Part shown: positions 12,501 to 24,500 of the stretch, in pieces
Position numbering within the stretch: position 1 is the first letter of the stretch
Layout: each line of letters starts with the position of its first letter
From: Macrostomum lignano
Lineage: Eukaryota
NCBI GenBank assembly: GCA_002269645.1
Contig: NIVC01003823.1
Coordinates: 1 to 64,000 of the forward strand
Reading direction: 5' to 3'
DNA length: 64,000 nucleotides
Program-made: the position numbers and the translations under genes
The notes under the pieces: model-generated
The model's database searches: none
What the model was told of the DNA's origin: nothing
What the model saw: only the letters and a program-made list of their open reading frames with translations

Positions 12501-15500
12501 CTCTCAGAGGAGGCGCTGGCAATTATGAAGACCTGTTCCTCTACTGGCTCCAATTTAGTGGAGCGAATCGCTGCCGGTCCCGGGTTCGTACGCTACGGAG
12601 AAGTTGAACTCCTGTCCCGGCAACAAACCGGCCTAGAGTTCCTCGGCAACGTGTTTGATAAAAAAATTAATATTAAGAAACTTCTTCCTCAAGTGGAGGA
12701 GAGAAAGAGGCGCTTTGATTCAACTGTCACCGTCATGGAAAATCTTCTGAACTTGATTGTCGAGAAAGTTGATATGAGATTGGGTGAGTTCACTCTCGAC
12801 ATGGCCAACTCAATCAGAAGGGTGCTACACTCGTGAATCGTGCAGATTGTAGAAACCATTTTTAGTATACTGAATTCCCAATATCTCACTTTTACTACCG
12901 AATCCCCAATGAAGAGCTCGCAAGTTTGTCAAGGAAAAGTTAGAAAAAAGTCTTTGGAGGGTTCATCTGCTAAAAATGCAGTTATGCTCTCTAAATGGAT
13001 ATTTAAAACATTTAATTTTGTGCAAAATACTTGATAATCTTGCAAGTGAAGTTCAAGATGCATTTCGTTAGCGAGATTTTCACGATTTGCGAGTAGCCTA
13101 TGGCTCTTGAATTTTTAATAGGTCGTACGCTCGTACCATAATAAACTGATTGTAACGAAAATTCCCTCACCATTTTAGTCAACTTAGACAACTTCAGACA
13201 CCTGTTGGATAAGGAAAATTTAAACGGAACTAAATTTGACGAGCTAGTGGACATGGATCTTCCACAATATTACCTTCAGTTGAAACACTTCCAGCTTTTG
13301 GTTGGCCTTGAACCGACAATCCTCGCACTAATGAACCGGTTCGATAACTTAATGCACAGTAGGACATTTGATGCTTCAGTTCAGGAGAAGATCAAGTTGA
13401 AGGCAAAAGAAGATGGGACTGACATGGGAGAAAAGCTAGACGTCCGTAGTCTGGTCCTCTGTCTGGCAGCTGCTGTTGACCACTGGGACGAAAAGGTGCT
13501 CAGCCTTCTCTCAGACGAAGCCACTTTGGAAACGGCGGAAAACTTTTTTGGCACTATCGCTCAGAACGATGACGAAAGTGAAATCAGAGCTGAGATCGAG
13601 TGCTTTAATCCTCAGCCGGCTGAACAAGAGTGGCTTGACTTCTTGCAGAGGTTTCTGTTCGCCAGGAAAATGTCCCGCAACTCGCAGGTGGCTGCTGCTA
13701 TCATCCGGGTGATGGAAAAGTTTCAATTGAATCACAATATAGAGTCTTTAAAGAGAGCTGTAAGAGTTGGAGAGGCCAGTGTAGCTGTACCGCTCAGAAC
13801 CGTGAAACTAACGGAAATGAGCCAATTCGATTACCTCGACAAAGCTTCGAAAGAGAGCCGGTTCTTGCCACTAATGGACGCAATTGAATGCAGCCATGAA
13901 CTCTGCATGTGGCTCAGAAGCAACGTCCCCTCTGTAAAAGAGGCAAAAACCTTTTTTGACTTAGCCATGGTTTACCTGGGAGATTCCGGTGATCTGGAGC
14001 AGAAAAAGATTGAAACATTCTACACCGTTGTGACTGAATTAGGAAACATTGTGTACGGCCTCGACGGGTCTGCTGGGCACGAGAAGAGTATCAATGAGTT
14101 TCTGCAGGACTGCCAGGAGATTTTTCAAAAATTAAACCTTAAGCCTAGCTTGATCAAAGACCTGAAAGAGACCAGCCAGAGACTCGACTGGATAAAAATA
14201 ATCAAAGAAAACCAGGGCTCTGTAGAGAAGTCGACTCTAAAGTCAATTGAAAAGATTCTCCAATGTGGCTCCATCGAGATCGGCTGCTATGTTACTAACG
14301 AAGAAAATTTTCAACTGAGAATTCATTCTACTGATGCAGGAGTACAACAGGTACAACTTTTTCCGACTGTATTTAAACTCGAAGACGTGAAGGACTTACA
14401 GTCCAAGCTAATGCTTATTGCTGGCCAGACGTATGAGAACCAAGCTCTGCTCGATCGCTTTGTTCGACTAACCACAAGCATGTTTCGCTTAGTGGATGTG
14501 TACGGCGAGTTTAAGCAACAGTGCTGCATACTGTGCGAGCACATGTTTATGAGGTTTAACCTATTTACTAGGGCCGATGCCAATGCAATTATTGAGCTGC
14601 GGCTCAGCAACCAGGAGAGAACCCTGAGCTATAGGTATTTTGACGTAACTAGAGGATTAAAAGACTTTTCTCACGCGTTTTCCGACTGTCTCGAGGAATG
14701 GAAGGAGGAGGTGGCGCAGGCTCGGCGATTGCACTACAATCTAAACTTTTTCAGTCTGAAGCAGATTCTACTTTTGCAGAGAGAACTGGCCCACCTGTTC
14801 AGGGTGACAGGCACAGTGAGCCAATCAGTGCTGAATTTGCTCGGCTACGTGTGTCCTGATTGTTCCGAGGACGATGTAAGAAGAGCAATACAGGAAACGA
14901 AACAGTCCGACAAAAAAGAGAAAAAGCAGCCCGCTCCAAAAAGTAATCCACCTGCGCGGCAAAAAGACACGAATGAAAGCAACGGGCCTGTGGACACTGC
15001 TTTTAAGCAAATCTGGAATGAGTACCTTAATACAACATCCAGCGATTTATCAAATTTTGAGAAAGTTGCGCAATTCCTAAATAGTATCAGGAATTATCGA
15101 AGAGTTGGAAAAACCATATCCGGCGAGTTCAAGAGTAAGTTTAATGAAAATAAAATTTTCGCAGTCAGCCTTGAGCCGAGTGAACAGCTCTTAGTACTGC
15201 TTGAGCTGTTTTATCTTGCCTACCAATGTCTGCCACAGTATGAACAAGTGTTGATATGCAGTAAGGATACAAGTGAAGAAGAAATTAATGTGTTTTTGCA
15301 TCGTGCCATACTTAGTCAGAGCCCGGATCACCTCTTTGTGATAATGAGCGCTGACCAGCTAACCTATGACCTGTCAGTGATTGCTGAGCAGAACTCAGTC
15401 TCCTACTAAACAGCGTAGATGGCCGGATTCAATCGTATTTCTTCGCACTGTTTCCGCTTCAAAGCCAAAAGCAATATCCATTTTGCAACGCCCTCAGTCC

Positions 15501-18500
15501 ATTTCAGAAAGATTTAACTACCAAGCCCAGCCAGAAAAAAATTATTAATTGGGTTGCACAGTTCATGAGAAGGGAAGCAGGTCCAGCTCACAGCAGTTTT
15601 CTTTGGATCACTTCCGATCGTTCAGGAATGGGGAAGTCGCACCAGTGCAATGAGATTGCCAAGGTTCGACCAAGACACGAGGCTCACGTATTCAGCTGCA
15701 GTGATTCGCACCTGGATGTCGACAAGTTGTATGATTTCTTTGCCAAAGCAGACAATAAAGACAGGCGGCCCCGGACATTTCACCTGGATATTGCTCGTGA
15801 AGTACAGACAGGCTTTGAAAATGCTTTCACTCAGCTTGCAATTTTTGGAGCCATCACAGACTCAAGTGGACGAATTTGGCGCAGAAGAAGAGAAGACCTG
15901 TACTTGCTGGAACATTCGAGAAATTATCTATTCAAAACAGAGTTCTTCGTACTTCGATACCTGCCGTCAATCACTTGTGTTTCGCCAAGCGACGCTTTGA
16001 GGCAGCTCGAAGCAGGTGAAATGGCATCAGACTGGCAACCGCTGCTCAGCGATTCGCATCTCCAAACCGCTGTGTGCAAGCGACCTGCAGTGTACCTGGC
16101 ATCCCTAGGCAATAGAAATGCTGCTCACTGTGACTTAGAAGCGCAAATTCCTTCAATTGAAATCGTGCGTCTGCTTTTAGAAAATTGCGGCATTGACAAT
16201 CCATCGTGGCTTGAGCTGAACAACTTCGCCAGGTTTTTCAACGGACAGCTTGTTGACTTTGAGCGATCCCCTTTCTGTGAGCCACTAGCCGAGCAAGACC
16301 TACCTGGCTTCAGAAGATTTGTGCTTTCCTGTCTTTTGCTCATGTCGAAAGATTTTTCAAGTCGCTCATTGAACATCGCGGATGAGAGCAAAGCTGCACA
16401 ACCAAATGCAGAGAATGATCGTCCACTGATTGAGAACTTTGAAGTCCGCCGTCGTTGGGAGCACACCTCTCACCCCTATCTGCTGTTCAATCAAGACGGC
16501 ACGACCTTTACATTCGTCGGCTTCACAGTGAGTCAACAAGGTCATCTCTTGGACAGCGCGAGCAACGATGTTGTACAGGAAGACATCATGAGTCCGCAGC
16601 TTTACCAGAGCCTCATCGCACAACGTGTTCGACTTCAAGAGCGGTTCGAGGATCTGAGTCGGCAGAATAAAATTGAGAGAATGAGAATGGTGTTCGGTCA
16701 CTCTGACACTAATTTCCCGGACCCCGATCCGTCCTATGAGCTGACTATGGACAACGTCAAAAAGATGCTGGCTATCTACATGCGGTTCAGGAGCGAGATT
16801 CCTGTCGTTCTGATGGGCGAAACGGGCTGTGGAAAGACTAAGCTTGTCGAGTTTCTGGCTCGAATCATGCTGCCAGCTCAGTCCGATATTTGCAACATGC
16901 GAATTCTGAAGGTCCACGGTGCTGTAACAACTGCCGATGTGGTGAAGGCAGTCCATGACGCTGTTGAGTTGTCACGTCAGAACCACGCAGTGACTCCTTA
17001 CACAATTCTATTCTTTGATGAAGTAAACACGACCAGTGCTGTCGGTCTGATTAAGGAAATCATGATTGACGGCAGAATCAATGGTGAGAGGATAAGCTTT
17101 GCCTATGGACTGAGATGCATTGCCGCTTGCAATCCTTACCGCAAGCATCCCGAATCGACAATCAAGAGACTGGAGAACAGTGGACTTGGATACAGAGTGA
17201 GAAAAGAGGATACTCAGGATAAATTCGGAAATGTTCCGATGCGACATTTGGTTTATCGTGTGAAGCCTCTGCCCCTCTCCTTGATCAGCGTTTTGTGGGA
17301 CTTTGGCAGTCTCTCTGATGATTCTGAAAGGAAGTACATCACCAGAATGGTTGAGTCCAGACTTCGGACCTCTCCAGCACAGAAGACACGCCTTGTAGAG
17401 CTGGTTGCAGCATCACAACACTTCATGCGCACTACGGATGATGAGACAAAGTATGTTTCACTGAGAGAAGTCGAGAAGGTCATAGTCGTGTTCCAGTGGC
17501 TTTCAAATGGATTGCTAGCACAGTTGGACGCTCGAGATGACGGAGATTCTGATTGCAATGAGGAAACTCTAATCGAAATTATGGCTTTAGCTTCGTGCTA
17601 TCTGAGTCGCCTGCCGAAGGAGAACAAAAATGGCTATCTCGAATTGCTGTCTCAGGTTCTCAATGCAGGTCTGAGTCCTCATGATATTATGCAAATCATT
17701 ACCCGATGTCATCAAAGGCTTTTGAATGACATTTCGGAGCATCTGCCCAAGTCAATTGCCAAGAACGAAGCTCTTAGAGAAAATGTCTTTATGATGGTGC
17801 TTTGCATCACACTTCGAATCCCATTGTTTGTCGTCGGAAAGCCTGGAAGTTCCAAGTCGCTCGGAAAGTCGATTGTGAAGAGCAACATGTTAGGAACGAA
17901 CTCACAAGGTGAAATATTTCGCCAGCTTCCAAATACGCAGATGCTGTCGTTCCAGTGTTCCCCATGGTCAACTTCTGAGGGAATCATCAAGACGTTCGAA
18001 CAGTGCTCTCAACTGCAGAAAGAAAAGGACCTCGATAAGTTCGTCTCCGTGGTTATTCTTGACGAAGTCGGTTTGGCAGAAGACAGTCCCAAGATGCCTC
18101 TAAAGGCACTTCACCCGCTTCTTGAGGAAGGCTACTTTACTGACTCCTTGCAAACAGCTCAAAACAGAAAGCATAGCAAAGTTGGCTTCATCGGTATCTC
18201 GAACTGGGCTTTGGACCCGGCCAAAATGAACCGCGGACTGTACTTGTTGCGAGACGTGCCCACGCACGAGGATCTACTGGACACGGCAAAGGGAATCTGC
18301 CAAAGTCAGGTTCGAAGAGATCGCGTTCGATCACACCTGGAGCATGTCACAACGTTTTACGAAGAAATATACGACCACACGCAGAAGGAGAGAGAGTTTT
18401 TTGGCCTTCGTGACTACTTCAGTTTGGTAAAGCATTTGGCCTCAAAGTCTACCCTGAATCTTAGGACTGTGGCTCAGTGCATAAAGAGAAACTTCAGCGG

Positions 18501-21500
18501 ATTCGGCGACTTGGATCCAGTGGACTTCTTTGCTAAAAATATTCTTGGGAGAGAAATCGACTTGGGCAATTATTCAGCCATCAGAGATGCTCTGCGATCC
18601 ACTGGTGAGGAGCAGCGATACCTGCTGCTTATCACGGAAAACTATTCAGGCTTAAAGATTTTGCCTCGACTGCTCGAAGACGAGGACCATGATCAGCAAG
18701 TGAGCATCATCTTTGGCAGCAGCTTTCCAAAGGACCAGGACTACTCGAAAATCTGTCTGGACATCAATCGTATTAAGATCTGCATGGAGCGAGGCAGCAC
18801 TGTTGTCCTGCTGAACATGGACGCTCTGTATGAAAGTCTTTACGATGTTTTAAACCAGTACTATGAGCAGTGCGGTGACGATCGCTTTGTCGATCTTGGA
18901 CTTGGCACCCACCGGCTCAAATGCAAGGTGAACCTGAACTTCCGCATGATTGTCGTTGCTGAGCAGACGACAGTGAGAGAGCGATTTCCGATTCCATTGA
19001 TCAATCGGCTTGAGAAGCATAAGCTCACAGCCTTGGCTATGCTATCGAATGAGCAGAGACTCTGTGCTACGCGACTTTCCAAATGGACTTCAAAATTTAT
19101 TTCTAAAACAAGTTTATCACCAGAAAAGAATCCTAGCGGTGCCTTTGTGGGCTTTCATACCGATGTAATATCAACCCTGATCATTGACTTTGGAGTTGAC
19201 GAGCTAAATATCAAGAACTGCCTGCTAGCTGTTGCTACAATGGATAGTCTAGTTCGTCTTGATCAAACAGAACTGAAGCAGTATAAAGAAGAGTATTTAG
19301 AAATCTACTACAACGTTTTCAATCTGAGTAGTCTATTGTCTTTTTTAGAGAGCAGTGTTCTAATTAGGAATCCGGCAAAGTCATTCTTTCAGGTGACAAC
19401 TCATGATAGACTTATGACAATCTCCGAATGCGAGACCCTGCAGAGGCATATTAATAAAGAAGTGAAGTTCGAAAACTTAAGTACATTTCAGAGTGAGAAC
19501 GAGTTCAGTGAGTATGCTAAGCGCTTTTTTACTGAGAGCGACTGTTCGATTCTGATACTGCAATTTGAAGGTCTCAGGCAGAACTATCAGAATCTGTTGG
19601 CATGCACGAAGTACCTGATTGAGGATCATTTCAAACAGGCTTTAGCAGCTAGTCCAGACCATTGTAGAAACAAGCGGGTGGTATTGTTGATCAAACTTGT
19701 TCGTTCGCACGTTAGCCCATTCACTGGCTTTGACTCAGGCCGGTGGCAGTCGGTGCACATTGAAGAGTTCATACCCTCAGGCAGAGTAAACATTCGATTA
19801 TTAGATGGTAAATCAGTGGCTACTGCTGTTAACGCCTCCCTTGAAGCGCAAGAAAAGTTATGTCATTACAGTAGTCAAGAATACGCCCATTTGCTAGGCG
19901 AAAGAATAAACACGCCAATAGATCTAAAAATGTTAATCGATGAGTCAATCCATCAGGCCATGAGCCTTCTCAAAGATGGTCAAGTTGGGAATATCGACGA
20001 ACAAGACTGTCGCTTGTTGGATAGGCAGCTGATTCTAAACGACGCTTTAAAGGGTACGCCAAACAATTCAATCGAATATTCTAACAATTTTATATAAGCT
20101 TTGTCTTCACTATTCGTATTCTTGCTACATTTTCAGATCGTACATTTACTAAATGTATGTACAAGTTCATTGTCAATGTGCTTACCTGGAAGGACGAAAG
20201 CTCGGTTGCTACGTATAGTCCCAGCGAATGGCTCAGTCGCGAGGCCGCACACGATCAGAGGGTCACGGATGCTGGCACTTTTATGTGAGAAAATTCGGGT
20301 CACTTTGACGGACTTTATTATTCTTACCTTGACAAATATACATAAATTTCTATTTTCAGCGAGAGCACGTGGCGCGTCCTGAAACAGAAAGTGGCTCCTG
20401 CCATCGCCTGCTTCCTGGCATTCTCCGACCGAGACCAGAACCTCAACTGCTACCGACGCGATGGCCTGCGAGGCCTGTGGATGCGCATGGTGGAGCCGGC
20501 ATCCGATCTCGACCAGATCACGGAGAACCTGGTGAAGGGAACCACGGGCGAGTTCCAGAGGATTGAAGTCGCTTCGTCCTCATGCGACGGTCACCGGTTC
20601 GCGTGCCGATTTCCGTTCTCCTGGGCGGTGGTAGAGCGACTGGAGCGAATCTGCAACAAAGAGCAGCAGAGAGAGGCGGAGCGCTTAATGGAGCTGTTCT
20701 TGAACAGCACCCCGATTGGCCAAGTTCTCCAAGATGAAGAGGCCATCCCGGATCTGGTTGGCGGCTTCTGTCATGACCTTGTGCGAATTCGCATCGCAAG
20801 AGTAACCGAGGAAATGCTGCAGGTGCTGGTTCCCGTGATGCTGCGAGGACTCAGCGACAGAGCTGGGACTTGTTTGGGCGCCGCGGTGTTCGAGAGCTTC
20901 TGGCTGTTCAAAGAGTTCAGCCAGCAGATGACGCTGGTGACTAGGTTGATGCAGAAGGTTCCGGGCCTGGCGCTACCTGTGGACAGGATTGACAGGCTTG
21001 GTGAACTACCTGAGGTAAGTTGGTTAAAGAAAGCAATTTGAAGGACTGGTGCATGGGCATGAAAATATCATATAATTTTGCACCTTGAAATTAAAAGAAA
21101 TCCAAAGCAAAAAAATGAAAACCCACTCTCTCTTTGCAGGCCCTGTTCGAGACTTTTCACGAACATTTGATTCAGAGATGTCCCCGCTTGAATGTGGCCG
21201 AGAACCGCTCCCAGTGGATCAATGATGTTGAGAATTCACTGCCTATCGTCGCAAGTTTGATAAATAACTACGGCAATAATGCTATGCATAGCCAGTGGCA
21301 GAAAATTCTTTGTTGGTTTCTATTTTTGAAAAATGTTGCTGCACCATTCGATGCCGACGATACAGTTGAAGACGGCTCTTTTGATCCAACTAGACTCTGG
21401 ACGGTAAGAGCCAATGCCAATAAAAGTATTTTATTAATCGATCAAAATATTTGAGACCCGTATCTTTAAGTCATGTGGTTGCAAGTAGGAAGAATCACAG

Positions 21501-24500
21501 AAAGCTACTCATGACGCAATTTCAGTTGCTGAACCAAAATCCCAACGTCGACTTTAAAGAGTTGGATGGTCTTCGTCTTATAGAAGGAATCTTAGAAGGC
21601 ATGCATAACGAATTGCGGCACCGACTGACACTGTAAGTTTAGTTACCTTGCCACGACTGCTTTTGAGTCTTAGCAGCAAGTTAGCCTCACCACATTTCGC
21701 TACGAAATTTCAGAACGACTAGATGCTATAGGTGTAATGGACGCTTACAGTCGCTCCTACGCCTGCCGTGTCAGGAACACCTTTGTCGAGATTGCCTCGT
21801 CAGGCGGATCTTGTCCGCAGCCGCGAAGCGCGACTGCTGCATTGATTTCAAGAATCGATGCAGCTGTCTCTTTCCTAACTTTCGTCGAATGAATCGCTAC
21901 CTTCTTCGAGAAGAAAACGCAAACACTTGTGCAGTTGTTCCTGGAGACGGACTGCATGACGTAGTAGCAGTTGAGTTTGAAGACATGGAAACCAATGAAG
22001 AGATGCAGAATGAACTGATAATGCAGGACAGTCGGGTTCTGGTTGGCTTAGCGAATTTATCTTTTGTTTGTCCCTCTTGTCGAAACGAGCATTTAGCCAC
22101 TGAGGTGTTTGGATCTCGCTTATTTGTAATACGGCAGTTCAAATCCAGGTGCAAGACTTTTCTACTGGAAGCCATCATGAAACTGTGCTTTGGGCAAGAC
22201 AGCAGGTCATTCAATAGCTACAATCGACCACCGAGTAGCGACCTCTGCGATAGGTTGCTTTTGTACGTTACAAGGGAAGGCGGAGACATTGAGCTCATTT
22301 CATGGACAACAGAAAGAGACGACGAAAATCCAGTGGTGTTCCGCTCGTTTCTTCTACAGCAGCTGCTTGCATTCAACAAAGAAAAAGTTTGCGACCAGCT
22401 AGACGAGCACTTAAGAGCCGCAGATAATATTGTCCGATCAACAGACAATTTAGTACTCATCGTCGTCCACTGTTTAGAGGTAAAACACTCGTTAAGAAAA
22501 TATTTAATTTAAAGCCAAATTCAGCAAACATAGCTCGTAAAAACAAGGCTTTCAAGCGAACTCACGTAATTTTCCGAAATTCAGGATTTGTGGATCTCCC
22601 GCCTCGCAACGCATCCCGTCGATCAACGACTAATGCGCGCCGTCATCGAGGTAGTCGACGCACCGGCTCCGAGAATTTTTCCTGAAGACTCTGACCCATT
22701 AGAACTGCAGCGGCTCCGTCAGGTGGCCGACTGGCGCGTCGCCCTGTCGCTGCTGGCCACCAGCATCGCCGCCCTGCCCGAAGGAGGGCAAATCGTCAAT
22801 CATCTGCCTCTTCTACAGGATGACCGACGTCGAGAGCAACTGGCCCGCTCGCTGCTGCAGCACCAGTGGTCACGGGTGTACTTCCTGCGCTGCCTCAGCC
22901 GCTTCGGCGGCACCTGCGCAGCGCTTGAGCGACTCCGAGCAGATGAATATTTGGCCAGGGTGTTCCGCGAGGAGATGCAGCTGATCGAAGGCCGGGTGGA
23001 ATTGCCAGACATCCTGCTGTGCCATTCGGACGTGTATAGAAATGTGCGCAGATGTCTGTATCAGGCCTACCTCACTGGAGAGCTCAATCAGCAGGTATGA
23101 TCAGCTGCCAGTGTTGGTCATTAATTGGATGTTAAGGTCGAGAAAGAGAAGAGCAGCCACCCCACAGCACACAGTGTACACAGCACACAGTGTACACAGC
23201 ACACAGTGTACACAGCATGCAATGTACACGCGACACTGAGTGAGGAGCAGCCACCCCACAACACGCAGAGTACACAGGACACTGATTGAGGAGCAGCCAC
23301 CCCACAACACGCAGTGTACACAGGGCACTGAGTGAAGATCAGCCACCCCACAGCACGCAGTGTACACAGGGCACTGAGTGAGGAGCAGCCACCCCACAGC
23401 ATACAGTTTACAAAGGACACTGATCAGCCACCCCACAGCACACAGTATACACCGGACACTGAAGATCAGCCACCCCACAGCACACAGTATACACCGGACA
23501 CTGAAGATCAGCCACCCCACAGCACACATTTTACAGCATAAGACTTTCCTGTTTCAGAGACCGGATTTCCCACCAGCCGAGAGTCCTATGGTGGCTCTGG
23601 TTGCCCTCGTCGCTGCCTACCGCCTTCGCCACATGCAAGGCAGGTGCGATGAGCAGCAGCTGACCGCCTGCATCAACTTGATGCTCAGCTGGATGACGCC
23701 CGCAGCCCAGGAGCTGTACAGGCGACTGGAGCCTCTGGCCGGGGCCACGGACGGCAATCATCAGCTTTGTCTGCTGCAGATTCACCTGGCCTTCGTGTTG
23801 GCAACCTGCCAGTCTGACATTGTCAACTTTCTCACTCAACTGCCGAACAACTTCAACAACTGGCTGCTGCCTGGCATGCGGCATGACGAGCTGTTCGAAG
23901 CTTTCACGGCTCAGGGAATCGGGGGCACCCGCGCCTATGGTGAGCTCGCTTGGGACTCTTCAATTAGTCTGCAAGACTATGGATTTTAACTGCTTCACTG
24001 GCTGTTGACTCATTTCAGCTTGCCCCAACGGCCACCCGTACTACATTGCTAATGTAAGTCTTTTGTATGTTGTTGACAGATAAGTTTGAGGTGGAGGCGC
24101 AAAGTGGGGATCGGAGATAAGAGGGTGGAGGCGCAAAGTTGGGGTCTTACTCAAGATTACGAAAGAGATTGAGAAATATATGATTGGCATCTGATAGCCA
24201 GGCAAGAAATTCGAGCTGATTTCAACCACAGCTAAAAATGCAAAAGCGATAAAATAATAATCGGTCATCTGGAAAGTTCTTGGCTGTCGTCATAACTTTA
24301 TGATGATCACGAAATTCGTGGACAAAAGACAAGCTCTTTCGACTTGGCCTGTCTGCTCTTTGCCATTTCTCTATCCATCAAAGTCTCTTGAACCCTCATC
24401 ATTCAATTGCCCATTTGACCCCGACTCTCCCATCCTACCAGTGCGGCCAGGCGATGCAGCTCGCCCGCTGCCCGGACTGCGGCAGCGCCATCGGCGGCCA

